DNA of 64,000 nt from Macrostomum lignano. Its lineage: Eukaryota. The notes beneath the pieces are model-generated. The model saw only the letters and a list, made by a program, of their open reading frames with translations. It was not told the DNA's origin and ran no database searches. The stretch lies in NCBI GenBank assembly GCA_002269645.1, contig NIVC01000054.1, positions 1-64,000 on the forward strand. The letters are read 5' to 3'. This document shows positions 24,972-38,565 of the stretch, one piece after another (the first letter of the stretch is position 1; each line of letters starts with the position of its first letter). The position numbers and the translations under genes were made by a program.

Positions 24972-25700
24972 CCTGAGTGTACATTCCTTCCTTTTCACTC
25001 CCCCTATACACTCAGAGAGTGTATATTTGTCCCCTCTCTCGTCCTATCCACCCAGCTTAGATACATTCCTTCCCTCTTTCCCTCTATCCACCCAGAGAGT
25101 GTACATCCCTTCCCCCTCTCCACCTATCCACCCAGCCCAAAGAGTGTACATTCCTTCCCTCTCTCGTCCTATCCACCCAGCCCAGAGAGTGTACATTCCT
25201 TCCCTCTTTCCCTCTATCCACCCAGAGAGTGTACATCCCTTCCCCCTCTCCACCTATCCACCCAGCCCAAAGAGTGTACATTCCTTCCCTCTCTCGCCCT
25301 ATCCACCCAGCCCAGAGAGCGTACATTCCTTCTCTCTCTCCCTATCCAATCAGAGAGTGTACATTCCTTCTCTCTCTCCCTATCCAATCAGAGAGTGTAC
25401 ATTACTTCTCTCTCTCTCCCTATCCAATCAGAGAATGTACATTCCTTCTCTCTCTCCCTATCCAATCAGAGAGTGTACATTCTTTCCCTCTCTCCCCCTA
25501 TTCACTCAGAGAGTGTACATCCCTTCCCCCTCTTCCCCTATCCAGCCCAGCCCAAAGAGTGTACATTCCTTCTCTCTCACTCCCTATCCAATCAGAGAGT
25601 GTACATTCCTTCCCTCTCTCGCCCTATCCACCCAGCCCAGAGAGTGTACATTCCTTCTCTCTCTCTCCCTATCCAATCAGAGAGTGTAAATTCCTTCCCC
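24972..25700. repeat. Complex minisatellite AGAGTGTACATTCCTTCCCTCTCTC...CTATCC
   Basis: Direct reading. Confidence 0.9.
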
Positions 25701-25727
25701 CTCTCGCCCGTTTCTCCCGCCCCTTAC

Positions 25728-25802
25728 CTGACAGAACACATGCGCCCTGTCCTGCGACACGAGCAATAGAAATCCGGTCTCGCAGTTAATGCGATTTTTC
25801 AG
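25728..25802 (-). CDS. PDE2A: PDE2 GAF-A exon (LKNRINCETGFLLLVSQDRAHVFCQ)
   Basis: LLLVS.D motif; tttcag / CAG|gtaagg. Confidence 0.88.
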
Positions 25803-25893
25803 CTGAAACACAGCGTGGGCTTGTTTTGAAGTTAAGATGCAGGGGCAGCTGTAGCGATAGGTCTAAAACAAATAATTGAAGAAGCGGTCTTAC

Positions 25894-25946
25894 ATATTTG
25901 ATTACTTTCAGCTGCAGGTGCTCCGAGTCCTGGTCGTAGAGCTCGC
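25894..25946 (-). CDS. PDE2A: PDE2 exon (GELYDQDSEHLQLKVIKY)
   Basis: Matches PDE2A GELYDLDASSLQLKVLQY; ttttag / TAT|gtaaga. Confidence 0.92.
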
Positions 25947-26084
25947 CTAAAACAGCAAGGATTTGCCGGTTGCGACTTTTTGCAATTCTTAGGAATTCTT
26001 TTTATGCTATAAACATTAAAAATGCTTTGATTCAACAAAAGAGAGTCAGCAGAGAAATTGCTCAGCGGTCAAACACTTAAAGAG

Positions 26085-26416
26085 TCACTCATAGCCCAGA
26101 CCTGGAGAATCGCTCATAGCCTACACCCGGAGAATCGCTCATAGCTCACACCCGGAGAATCGCTCATAGCCCACACCCGGAGAATAGCTCATAGCCCACA
26201 CCTGGATAATCGCTCATAGCCCACATCTGGAAAATCGCTCATAGCCCACACCTGGATAATCGCTCATAGCCCACATCTGGAAAATCGCTCATAGCCCACA
26301 CCTGGATAATCGCTCAACGCCCACACCTGGATAATCGCTCATAGCCCTCACCTAGAAAATCGCTCATAGCCCACACCTGGATAATCGCTCATAGCCCACA
26401 CCTGGAGAATCGCTCA
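26085..26416. repeat. 25-bp minisatellite CGCTCATAGCCCACACCTGGAGAAT
   Basis: Direct reading. Confidence 0.95.
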
Positions 26417-26457
26417 CAACATGCAACAAAGGGCAATAAACCAGTCAGATTTCTCAC

Positions 26458-26632
26458 CGCACAGGGCGAGTATTGGATGGCAGTCAGACTGAAGCAGCGG
26501 CGCGGAACCTGCGGCGGTTGGAGTCGACGCCAGGGCGCCACCGTCCGCAGCCGCAGTGGCGGGAGCTCTGCCGCCGCTGCCTGAGAAGCCCATCGAAGCC
26601 AGGCGGATTAACCGCGAGCAGGTGGCATCCAG
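26458..26632 (-). CDS. PDE2A: PDE2 linker exon (LDATCSRLIRLASMG...LLQSDCHPILALC)
   Basis: Ends ILALC|G like PDE2A KILQLCG; attcag / G|gtgaga; phases fit neighbours. Confidence 0.85.
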
Positions 26633-26699
26633 CTGAATGGCATTGTTAGTAATTGTGAGACTTTTGCTAGCAATAGAGTTGCGAAAGGTGCCAGCTGAA

Positions 26700-27636
26700 G
26701 GGGCGGGAAGGGGCAACTGAAGGATCGGGAATCGGCAACTGAAGGATCGGGAAGGAAGGCTACTGAAGGATCGGGAAGGGGCAACTGAAGGATCGGGAAT
26801 CGGCAACTGAAGGATCGGGAATCGGCAACTGAAGGATCGGGAAGGAAGGCAACTGAAGGATCGGGAAGGGACAACTGAAAGATCGGGAATCGGCAACTGA
26901 AGGATCGGGAAGGGACAACTGAAGGATCGGGAAGGGGCAACTGAAGGATGGGGAAGGAAGGCAACTGAAGGATCGGGAAGGAAGGCTACTGAAGGATCGG
27001 GAAGGGGCAACTGAAGGATGGGGAAGGAAGGCAACTAAATGATCGGGAAGGAAGGCAACTGAAGGATCGGGAAGGAAGGCTACTGAAGGATCGGGAAGGG
27101 GCAACTGAAGGATGGGGAAGGAAGGCAACTGAAGGAACGGGAAGGAAGGCAACTGAAGGATCGGGAAGGGACAACTGAAGGATCGGGAAGGAAGGCTACT
27201 GAAGGATCGGGAAGGAAGGCTACTGAAGGATCGGGAAGGGGCAACTGAAGGATGGGGAAGGAAGGCTACTGAAGGATCGGGAAGGAAGGCAACTGAAGGA
27301 TCGGGAAGGAAGGCTACTGAAGGATCGGGAAGGAAGGCAACTGAAGGAACGGCAAGGAAGGCTACTGAAGGATGGGGAAGGAAGGCAACTGAAGGATCGG
27401 GAAGGAAGGCAACTGAAGGATCGGGAAGGAAGGCAACTGAAGGATCGGGAAGGAAGGCAACTGAAGGATGGGGAAGGAAGGCTACTGAAGGATCGGGAAG
27501 GAAGGCAACTGAAGGATGGGGAAGGAAGGCTACTGAAGGATCGGGAAGGAAGGCAACTGAAGGATCGGGAAGGTAGGCAACTGAAGGATCGGGAAGGTAG
27601 GCAACTGAAGGATTGGGAAGGAAGGCAACTGAAGGA
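26700..27636. repeat. 21-24-bp minisatellite CAACTGAAGGATCGGGAAGGAAGG
   Basis: Direct reading. Confidence 0.95.
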
Positions 27637-27904
27637 TATAGGAAGCGACAATCAAAGGATCAGTCAGTTAAAGGTAGACGTGAGCAGGGTGAGGCCAGCG
27701 TACCTCACAGGTACTTCATTTTGATAAACAGTCACTGTGGCAGACTGAGGCGCAGATGGCGGCAGCTGGTCATGAGTTTTCTTAATTAACCAAACAGCTT
27801 CAAAATGACGGCGCAGTCTCATATTGAAAGCGTCGAAGCCTTTCCCTGAGCCGCCGTCTCCTTCTTAATTAAGATGCAGAGTAATTAATGATGATCTTAC
27901 TCAC

Positions 27905-27967
27905 CTGTCTCCTGAGGCTCTCCATGCTCGCTCTGTGCCGCTCAGTCACCTCCTCAGCTGGGTAGGC
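27905..27967 (-). CDS. PDE2A: PDE2 N-terminal region exon (AYPAEEVTERHRASMESLRRQ)
   Basis: ctcaag / CAG|gtgagt, phase 0/0; aligns with PDE2A LSDNEEWSLQAVEKH. Confidence 0.75.
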
Positions 27968-28602
27968 CTTGAGTAGAGACGGCATTATGAAATGAAAAGA
28001 AAGGCAGGGGGAGGTGTCCGGGACGGGGAGCGGAGCGGAGGTTGGACGCGATGGCCAGTAAGTGAGACTGGGAAAGAGTCAAAGCGATCTTAGTAACCCA
28101 GCATCTGGAGGGGCCGACTCCTTCATCATCTAAAACCCTTGTATCGCTTGATCGTAGATTTTTAAAAAACCGATTCTACATCAAGAATTGTTTGTGTGAA
28201 GCTAAAAATTAAAAAATCTGTATTTGACTTATTGATATTGAAACTGCAGTTGAGTTTATTAAAGCTTTGCTACGCAAAAATAGCTTAATTTAGGATGAGT
28301 TTAGCGATTAGGAGGAGGCAGAGAAACTTTGAAAATGTCTGAAAATGAAGGCCTTGAGGAAGAAGCTGGCAATCCAGATCCTAGTTCGTGATCGCGGGTG
28401 CCCTCAACCCGCAGCTCCTCACACAGCTGGACTCTGACACGAGACTTGAGCAGGAGGCTGGGCAAGAATGAGATTGAGCACAATAGACCCTGGCGCGGAT
28501 AAGCTAGATGAAATGGCGGGCTGCAAACATTGAGGCCTTGATTGAATAAAGAGCAGTGCTGAGCACAATGTGAGCACTGTGTGAGCACAGTCTGCCACTT
28601 AC

Positions 28603-28652
28603 CGTGAGCAGGCAATGCGATGTGCTCCGGTCCCCGACAGGAATCACCAAGC
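28603..28652 (-). CDS. PDE2A: PDE2 N-terminal region exon (LVIPVGDRSTSHCLLT)
   Basis: ctgcag / ACG|gtaagt; aligns with PDE2A VLVMPLADK. Confidence 0.75.
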
Positions 28653-28800
28653 CTGCAGTGCGGTGGAAAATATTGAGAAAGACCATAGAAACTAAATTGC
28701 ATTGAGTAACTCTATTTAGCAAGCCTAAGCGAAATTATGGTAATTCGAAAAACACTTTTCGTACAGCAGTGCTAACCGAGACCAACTCTGCTTAACTTAC

Positions 28801-28835
28801 AGTAGCGCTGGCGGCGGACGCTCTGGTGTGATCAC
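28801..28835 (-). CDS. PDE2A: PDE2 micro-exon (35 nt as assembled; 36 nt needed)
   Basis: gctag acceptor and gtaagt donor; phase bookkeeping needs one missing base. Confidence 0.5.
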
Positions 28836-28944
28836 CTAGCAGGCCTCAATAGGAATCCCCTAAAGGAGACCCAATGAAGGGAATTCCAGAAAACGGAAAT
28901 CACCATAGGGAATCCCGTAATGGCGAATCCCTAACGGGAATTCC

Positions 28945-29582
28945 CGAAACAGAAACCACCAGAGGGAATTCTCAAAACTGAAACCACCAGAGGGAATTCT
29001 CAAAACTGAAACCACCAGAGGGAATTCTCAAAACTGAAACCACCAAAGGGAATTCTCAAAACTGAAACCACCAGAGGGAATTCTCAAAACTGAAACCACC
29101 AGAGGGAATTCTCAAAAACAGAAACCACCAGAGGGAATTCCCAAAAACAGAAACCCCCAGACGGAATTCCCAAAACAGAAACCCCCAGAGGGAATTCCAA
29201 AAAACAGAAACCCCCAGACGGAATTCCCAAAAACAGAAACCCCTAGAGGGAATTCCCAAAAACAGAAACCCCCAGACGGAATTCCCAAAACAGAAACCCC
29301 CAGAGGGAATTCCCAAAAACAGAAACCCCCAGACGGAATTCCCAAAAACAGAAACCCCTAGAGGGAATTCCCAAAAACAGAAACCCCCAGACGGAATTCC
29401 CAAAACAGAAACCCCCAGAGGGAATTCCCAAAAACAGAAACCCCCAGACGGAATTCCCAAAACAGAAACCCCCAGAGGGAAGTTCCAGAAACAGAAACCC
29501 CCAGAGGGAAGTCCCAAAAACAGAAACCCCCAGACGGAATTCCCAAAACAGAAACCCCCAGAGGGAAGTCCCAGAAACAGAA
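28945..29582. repeat. ~29-30-bp minisatellite GGGAATTCCCAAAAACAGAAACCCCCAGA
   Basis: Direct reading. Confidence 0.95.
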
Positions 29583-29608
29583 ACAGCACCCTGAGCAGCC
29601 CGGCTCAC

Positions 29609-29721
29609 CCTGTGTGCAGCCGCCAGGCGGCGGTGCGCCGAACAGCCGCGTCGCTTCGTCCGCAAAGTCGCGAAAAGCCGCCGCGTCCAGCAGCGTGACG
29701 GCGCCGGTGCCGGCCAGAGTT
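29609..29721 (-). CDS. PDE2A: PDE2 N-terminal region exon (TLAGTGAVTLLDAAAFRDFADEATRLFGAPPPGGCTQ)
   Basis: ccgcag / G|gtgagc; GC3-rich; phase 2 start fits upstream exon. Confidence 0.7.
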
Positions 29722-30055
29722 CTGCGGCGGGCGAATAGAAATAAAAGTACATTTGCAGCAGCGAGATTTAGCAAAACTTCCAAGCCTGCGCGTTAAAAGT
29801 TTAACCTATCTGTAATAAAAAACTGATTTCTGCAGGAACGATACGGCGAGAGAGAGAGAGAGCAAGGGGAGACGGTTAATAATGCAGCGGTAGCCATAAA
29901 ACTTTTGATTTACGACAACCCCCCCCCCACAGTATAGAAAAAAGTTCCCGACTCAGAGCGACAGTCTGCGGCACGGTGAGTCAGGAAAAGGAAATAAGGG
30001 CTGGGATAACTGAAAAGGTGGGAAAGGTAAAGAGGCGAGACATAAACATAAACAA

Positions 30056-30638
<583 letters not shown>

Positions 30639-31075
30639 ACACGGGGTGCACTCAGACAGGCTGTAATTGACACGCAGCAGTTGCGCCAGACTCAAAATCA
30701 GCTGATTGTCACGAGGTGCCCGCCAGACCCGGAGCCGCAACTCTGCGGATGGAGGCTGCAATGCTTGCTGCACGCAAATCGGAACATATTTTATATCTTT
30801 GGAGGAATCTGGGGCAGAGGCCGATTGCGCATCGTGGCGGATCGGAGTGGATTCGTGACGGATGGTCGGACAGGCCAAAAATTCTTTTCCTATCTGCTTT
30901 TGGGCAGAAATCAGAAACACCTGTTGGTCCTGCTGCATTGGGTCTTCTGTCTCTAAGACTAATCTAGCAGTTAATTTATATAACTACCAGTAGTACAGAA
31001 GAAAAGGGTCGGGCATATGGGAACACTAGCCGGCAATGCTTGAAGCAGATTTGCAGAAGTCTGCGTGCGTGTGAA

Positions 31076-31460
31076 TGCACATTAGACACAATATTGAATG
31101 CAAATTAGACACAATATTGAATGCACATTAGACACAATATTGAATGCACATTAGACACAATATTGAATGCAAATTAGACACAATATTGAATGCACATTAG
31201 ACACAATATTGAATGCACATTAGACACAATATTGAATGCACATTAGACACAATATTGAATGCACATTAGACACAATATTGAATGCACATTAGACACAATA
31301 TTGAATTCACATTAGACACAATATTGAATGCACATTAGACACGATGTTGAATGCACATTAGACACAATATTGAATGCACATTAGACACAATATTGAATGC
31401 ACATTAGACACAATATTAAATGCACATTAGACACAATATTGAATGCACATTAGACACAAT
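31076..31460. repeat. 23-bp minisatellite ACATTAGACACAATATTGAATGC
   Basis: Direct reading. Confidence 0.95.
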
Positions 31461-31538
31461 AGCCAATAAAAGTACACAAAAGCACTAACAGCAAGCCAGA
31501 AGCAGAAGACACCCGCATCAGCTCCCTGTCCGCCTCAC

Positions 31539-31648
31539 CTGGCATAGCCGGAGCACTGGAAGGTCAGCGCCTTCTGCTGCTCGCCCGCCTGCTGCTGACG
31601 CCAGCTCGACAATGGGGAGGCCTCGTTGAACTGCAGGCGAACCGAGTG
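31539..31648 (-). CDS. PDE2A: PDE2 N-terminal region exon (HSVRLQFNEASPLSSWRQQQAGEQQKALTFQCSGYA)
   Basis: AG|gtgagg donor; two in-frame acceptors (exon start 31648 or 31630). Confidence 0.7.
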
Positions 31649-31736
31649 CTGCCAGAAGGTTGGAAAGTTTTATATGACGCAATTTTTTATGCTGGGGTCT
31701 GATCCCAGTTGGCCCCTATATCCGAGCCCAGCCAAT

Positions 31737-32150
31737 GTCATTCACACACCAGCCCCAGTCATTCACACCCAGTCACAGCCATTCATACCCCAGCCACATC
31801 CATTCATACCCCAGCCACAGCCATTCACACCCAATCACAGCCATTCACACACCAGCCACAGCCATTCACACCCAGCCACAGTCATTCACACCCAGCCACA
31901 GTCATTCACACCCCAGCCACAGTCATTCACACACCAGACACAGTCATTCACACCCAGCCACAGTCATTCACACACCAGACACAGTCATTCACACCCCAGC
32001 CACAGTCATTCACACCCTAGCTACAGTTATTCACACCCAGCGACAGTCAGTCACACCCCAGAGTCATTCACACCCCAGATTCACACCCAGCCACAGTCAT
32101 TCACACCCCAGACACAGGCATTCACACCCCAACCACTGACATTCACACCT
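31737..32150. repeat. ~21-bp minisatellite CAGTCATTCACACCCCAGCCA
   Basis: Direct reading. Confidence 0.92.
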
Positions 32151-32531
32151 CAGCTGCTATCAATAAGCTTTAATTTTACACATGTATGTTCTGCAGTTTA
32201 TAAAATTGGTGATAATAATTAAAAATAGGAATCTGCAGGATTCAGGGAGTCAGGGATTAAAAGATAATGCCAGCCAGACACAGAAATTCGCACTTTAAAA
32301 ACCATAAACAGCAACAATCTCAACCGTAGCATGGGAGGAGTGGAATCAGCTTGGCTGAATAGGCTGAACTAATGAGAACAGCGCCTTAGCTGATCTCCCA
32401 GGGACTTCGGACGGCACGAATACCAACGCATCTCTCCAGTGTCCAATCAATTTTTGACATGCAATTTTTTATCAAATGCTTAGACTGAATACTTTGTATC
32501 GTAATGCATAACTCCCTTTTGAAATTTGTGA

Positions 32532-33348
32532 CGGTGAATGAGAGTGAATGATGCAGTGAATGAGACAGTGAATGACAGTGAATGAGAATAAATGAGACAG
32601 TGAATGAGGAAGTGAATGAGGCGGTGAATGAGACTTTGAAGGAAACAGTGAATGACACAGTGAATGAGACGGTGTATTACACAGTAATGGGACAGTGAAT
32701 GAGGCAGTGAATGAGGCAGTGAATGAGGCAGTGAATGAGGCAGTGAACGAGACAGTGAATGAGGCAGTGAATGAGACAGTGAATGACGCAGTGAACGAGA
32801 CTGTGAATGAGACAGTAAATGAGACAGTGAATGACAGTGAATGAGACTGTGAATGAGACTGTGAATGAGACAGTGAATGACGCAGTGAACGAGACTGTGA
32901 ATGAGACAGTTAATGAGACAGTGAATGACAGTGAATGAGACTGTGAATGAGACTGTGAATGAGACAGTGAATGAGACAGTGAATGGGACAGTGAATAAAG
33001 CTGTGAATGAGACTGTGAATGAGACAGTGAATGAGGCAGTGAATGGGACAGTGAATGAAGCTGTGAATGAGACAGTGAATGAGACTGTGAATGAGACAGT
33101 GAATGGGGCAGTGAATGGGACAGTGAATGAAGCTGTGAATGAGACTGTTAATGAGACAGTGAATGAGGCAGTGAATGGGACAGTGAATGAAGCTGTGAAT
33201 GAGACTGTGAATGAGATAGTGAATGAGGCAGTGAATGAGACTGTGAATGAGACTGTGAATGAGACTGTGAATGAGACAGTGAATGAGACAGTGAATGAGA
33301 CTGTGAATGAGGCTGTGAATGAGACTGTGAATGAGGCAGTGAATGAGG
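32532..33348. repeat. 12-bp minisatellite GTGAATGAGAC(A/T)
   Basis: Direct reading. Confidence 0.95.
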
Positions 33349-33674
33349 TGCGGGAATGTGAGTTCAGCTTGCCACATGGCGTTAAAACTCATCAGCAAGC
33401 AGGCAAGCTAGCGCCGACACAAAAAATCAATGGAAGCAACGCAAGCCCAAACAGCACGCGAATTTTCACTTTCCGAGAAAGCAATTTTCTCAACCAATCT
33501 TTTTACCCAGAGACCCAGCTTCATGCCAGCTTCATCAGACAGCCAGAGACAGACTAGCTGCCTAGCTGCTTCATCTGCGCTCAATTAGGGGAACTGAGGT
33601 GATGTAGAAGGACGGGCAACAGACAGACAGGAAGCCCTATTGGCTTTCAATACAACAGTAGGTGAGTTTCCCTA

Positions 33675-34185
33675 TCCAGATGTTCAACTCTAGAAGTCCA
33701 TGGCGGTTAAGCGAGCTTCCCCATCTAGTTGTTAGCTCTAGAAATCCATGGCGCCTAAAGAGTTTCTCCACCCAGATCTTAACTCTTAGAAATCCATGGC
33801 GGCTATAGCGAGCTTCCCCATCCAGATGTTCAACTCTAGAGGTCCATGGCGGTTAGCGAGCTTCCCCATCCAGATGTTCAACTCTAGAAGTCCATGGCGG
33901 CTAGCGAGCTTCGACATCCAGATGTTCAACTCTAGAAGTCCATGGCGGCTAGCGAGCTTCCCCATCTAGATGTTAGCTCTAGAAATTCATGGCGCCTAAA
34001 GAGTTTCTCCACCCAGATCTTAACTCTTAGAAATCCATGGCGGCTATAGCGAGCTTTCCCATCCAGATGTTCAACTCTAGAGGTCCATGGCGGCTAGCGA
34101 GCTTTCCCATCCAGATGTTCAACTCTAGAGGTCCATGGCGGCTAGCGAGCTTCCCCATCCAGATGCTTAGCTCTAGAAGTCTATG
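33675..34185. repeat. ~48-bp minisatellite CATCCAGATGTTCAACTCTAGAAGTCCATGGCGGCTAGCGAGCTTCCC
   Basis: Direct reading. Confidence 0.92.
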
Positions 34186-35151
34186 GCTGACTACACCTTG
34201 AATTGCTATATCTAATAATCGAATATTCTCAGCCCTTCGAACCAAAAAGAGGGGCGTTGAAGCCTTTTTAAAAATCCGTCTCCTTCGAAAGGCTAGCAAG
34301 AAGCTTCACTCATTTCCTTTGCTTTGAGCCCGTGCCAGTCTTTTAGGGCTCTCCCGAGTTTTTCTGCTCCAGCTGAACTGAGAGCAGCTTCGATTTTTTC
34401 ATTCCGCATAGCTCTGGAATTGGAACTGGGAGACTCGGCCCGGCTTGAAATTAGTGAATTATTGGATAAATAAATTGATTCCACAGTCAGTGCCAGGCAG
34501 AGGGAAGGACCTGAGGGAATGCACTGAACTTTTTATGCGCAGGATGGGCTGGGCGGCAATAAGGTGGGTCAGGAAGATAGACGGGGGTTTGAGAGACATG
34601 GGACATCTGGAAAGGGACAGGAAAAAAGAAGAGACAGGGAGAGAGATGAAGGAGAGAAGGGGAGACGGGGGAGGAGAGAGGGGGCTGATTGAGAAAAAGA
34701 AAGAGTGAGAGATTGAGGAGGTGAGAGGAGACAGGAAGATGAGAGAAAGAAAGAGGAGAGGAGGAGAGGGAGGCAAAGAGAATTGAGGGGAGAGAGTGAG
34801 GGAGAGGAGGAGAGGGAGGCAAAGAGAATTGAGGGGAGAGAGTGAGGGAGAGAGAGAGAGAGAGTGAGTAAAGCAAGTCAGGAGCAGGTAGAAAGCTGAG
34901 AACTTGGCAGCTCGCAGGGCTCATTAACTCGCCGCCCAGCTCAGCAGGCAAACAGAGACAAAGCAGAGAAAAAATGGACAAACAGCTGCCTAACAGAAGC
35001 AGCAGTGCAGAGGCGGCGGACCACCCACTGCCGCAGCTCAGTGGCAGGTAATTTTCAGTGGAAAAACAGGCACAGCTTGTCTCTGAGGCCACAGGTAGGT
35101 AAATTATCTGCCCACTCCGACGCTGCGATGCAAAACAAACAGGCTACTCAC

Positions 35152-35271
35152 GCATTTGAGCAGTTCTCGGATTGTATCAATGGCGACAGACTCGAATTCT
35201 TCGGCTGAGAGAACTTCGCCTAATCTGGCGAAATAGTCCTGGAATGTCGCACAAGGGGGGGGGCGCAGAGG
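35152..35271 (-). CDS. PDE2A: PDE2 N-terminal exon (PLRPPPCATFQDYFARLGEVLSAEEFESVAIDTIRELLKC)
   Basis: Aligns with PDE2A [38 protein letters not shown]; TGC|gtgagt donor; acceptor position uncertain. Confidence 0.75.
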
Positions 35272-35499
35272 CTGGCGATAAACTCTGATTAAACTCTGAT
35301 CGTTGGAAAAAATCAACTTGTTTAGTGCAGGTAACATCACGTGAATATTGAGGAGGAAAAATTGATTATTTTAATTGTACAGACTGGCCCGAAGCTTTAA
35401 AAATGGCCCGCGGAGAAGGCGGGCAGAAAAAGGTGGAGGGGCGGATCAAGGGCGGAAAGGGCGGAACGAGGATGGAGAGGGCATTGGTATGGTTGGGAG

Positions 35500-35923
35500 G
35501 GCGGAAGGAGGGCGGAAGGAGGGCGGAAAGAGTGCGGAAGAAGGGCGGAAGGAGAGCGGAAGGAGGGCGGAAGGAGAGCGGAAAGAGTGCGGAAGGAGGG
35601 CGGAAGGAGGGCGGAAGGAGGGTGGAAGGAGGGCAGAAGGAGGGCGGAAGGAGGGCGGAAGGAGGGCGGAAGGAGGGCGGAAGGAGGGTGGAAGGAGGGC
35701 AGAAGGAGAGCGGAAGGAGGGTGGAAGGAGGGCAGAAGGAGGGCGGAAGGAGGGCGGAAGGAGGGCGGAAGGAGGGCGGAAGGAGAGCGGAAGGAGAGCG
35801 GAAGGAGAGCGGAAGGAGGGCGGAAGGAGAGCGGAAGGAGGGCGGAAGGAGGGCGGAAGGAGGGCGGAAGGAGAGCGGAAGGAGAGCGGAAGGAGGGCGG
35901 AAGGAGGGCGGAAGGAGGGCGGA
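35500..35923. repeat. 11-bp minisatellite GGAAGGAGGGC
   Basis: Direct reading. Confidence 0.95.
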
Positions 35924-36606
35924 ATCTTCGCCTAGAAATAAGCCATCAAAGAAGCAGACAGGAAATAAGAATCAGAGTAAAAACAAGCGCGCAGAGGCCA
36001 GCGCAACCTGGCAGCTGAGACACAGCTGGGCAGCTCTTCATCTTCTATTTCTCAAATTTCAACCACACCGCCAGCTTAATCCCTCAAATCGTTGCCTCAA
36101 TGTAAAAATAGGTGGCGGCAAAGCCAAGCAAAGATTACAAACGATAGGGGGGGGGGGATTTGAGACCGCTCGTGCGGCAGTTTAGCCAGCAGGTCTAAAA
36201 GCGGCAATATCCATGAAATTTGCAAACACAGAGAGAGAAAGAGAGGAAAGCGAGAGACTTCAAGCTCAAGCCACCCCTCGCCGCCGACTTGCAGGGCAAA
36301 ATAATAGCGCCTGACTATGAAGCCATGTCGCCATGGGGCTCTCCGCATCCGGGAAGGCATTGCGGGAGGGGGGCAGAAGGGTCTCTAAGCCTCGCGCGTA
36401 CTGCCCCCCTCCCCGGGTCCCATGCCCCCCGGACTGCCCGAGTCTGGCCGCTCTCCGCTATACTCTCAACCCTCCCCCCGCCCTATCTGCTTAGCCTTAG
36501 CCTTAATCCTCACCTGAATTCTCTCATTAGCTTTGCCATTTACATTCTGCTTGATCCCAGTCTCATTTTCACTGATCTCCCCTCTCTAATCTTCTCTCTG
36601 ATATGA

Positions 36607-36822
36607 TCTCCACTCTCTATGACCCTCTCTATGACTTCCCACTCTATGACGTCCCACTCTATGACCTCCATCTCTATGACCTCCCACTCTATGACTTCTC
36701 ACTCTATGACCTCGCATTCTATGACCTCCCTCTCTATGACCTCCCTCTCTGCGATGTCCCTCTTTATGATCCCATTTATGATCCCCTTTTATTAATTCCC
36801 CTCTATGATCCCCCTATATGAT
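36607..36822. repeat. 18-bp degenerate repeat CTATGACCTCCCACT
   Basis: Direct reading. Confidence 0.85.
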
Positions 36823-37477
36823 CCCTCCTTCCCTCTCTCTGACAGCGTCTCCCCAAACACTCATCCAGTGGAGAAGGGCACGGGTGCTCAGCAGGGCGGC
36901 ACAGATTTTCCCAATGCGCCAGACAAGAATATAAAAAGACACAAGTGCTCAGCAAACATCAGCCGGACATCTGCCACTGACACTGATGCGCGCAGGAAAG
37001 AAAGGATTTTTATTGTAAAAAGTCATTCCTCTGGAGAGGGAGAGTGAACTCACATCGATTGACAAGACTTAGAAACAAAACAGAAGACAACTCTGTCCCG
37101 TCTCTCACTGCCTCTCATCGTTTGCGGCCAGTCTCCCATTGTGTCCTGCTGTCACTCACAATGCTACTCGCTTAGCTTCGGTCAAAGTCAGGCCAGCCGA
37201 GGTAGGAGTGACAGCCAGCCAATCCATTCAGCCTTCTGACGCCTCGGGGGACGGGCATTGCTTTGGCATTGTTGCCCCCACAGAGGGAGGGAGGCGCAAA
37301 GAATGGGAAGCCTCCCGAATCGATGCCAGGGATGAGATAAATAAAAGTACACGGACATTTTGGAAAAAGGTATTCTTTTGAGAGATATTTGAGTGCAGGA
37401 GTGACATTGGGCGGGAAAGACGCACAAAGGAAAGAGTAAGTGAGACTGAGACTCACCAGACATTGTTAGATAAGGGT

Positions 37478-38080
37478 CAGATATTGGGTAGATAAGGATC
37501 AGATATTGGGAGATAAGAGGATCAGATATTGAGAGATAAGAGGATCAGATATTGGGTAGATAAGGATCAGATATTGGGAGATAAGGATCAGATATTGGAA
37601 GATAAGGATCAGATATTGGAAGATAAGGATCAGATATTGGGAGATAAGGATCAGATATTGGGAGATAAGAGGATCAGATATTGGGAGATAAGGATCAGAT
37701 ATTGGGAGATAAGGATCAGATATTGGGAGATAAGGATCAGATATTGGGAGATAAGGATCAGACATTGGGAGATAAGGATCAGACATTGGGAGATAAGGAT
37801 CAGATATTGGGAGATAAGGATCAGACATTGGGAGATAAGGATCAGACATTGGGAGATAAGGATCAGATATTGGGAGATAAGGATCAGACATTGGGAGATA
37901 AGGATCAGACATTGGGAGATAAGGATCAGATATTTGGAGATAAGGATCAGACATGGGGAGATAAGGATCAGACATTGGGAGATAAGAGGATCAGATATTG
38001 GGTAGATAAGGATCAGATATAGGGAGATAAGGATCAGATTTAGGGAGATAAGGATCAGATTTAGGGAGATAAGGATCAGG
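37478..38080. repeat. 21-bp minisatellite GGGAGATAAGGATCAGATATT
   Basis: Direct reading. Confidence 0.95.
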
Positions 38081-38565
38081 AACAGGCAGAGGCAGACAAA
38101 GATCAGATAGGGGTAGCAACAAGACTCAGAGAAGAGAGGGAGTGTGCAATGCGGAAGTTGTCCGCAGACACGGAGGCAACGCGCTCAGAGTTAGGGACAG
38201 CCTGCATCATTAATTCCAATCAAAAACCGGGTCCCTATGATTGCAATCCCAATCAGCTATGCTTGATTCGATTTGCTCCTCTGGGCAAGTGAGGAGAAAC
38301 ACACAGCCGCTATCCACTGGCACCGTGTCTTTTTTAAATCCCCATCCCGCCCTGCTGACACGGCCTCACAGAAACCAAAAATATGCAATCCACTGGGACG
38401 GCAGAATAAGGGGTGACGAGAGTCTGTCCCCTTCTCATCGCTTCTGGATGAATAATCCCGCTTTTTTGCCTGTCCCCATTTTTTGCTTCTTTCCAAAATT
38501 GACAGCCAACCGGGTCTTCCGACAGTCTGTGCCGCGCTTACTCGGCTTATTTTTCCTGTTCCTCG

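Noticed and set aside
27720-27890. Possible extra PDE2 exon (ERLRRFQYE)
   Set aside because: No phase-compatible acceptor; exons 27905-27967 and 26458-26632 join directly and align to PDE2A.
28320-28520. Coding-looking island in a PDE2 intron
   Set aside because: Stops in the frames examined, no usable splice pair, and not needed for the PDE2 reading frame.
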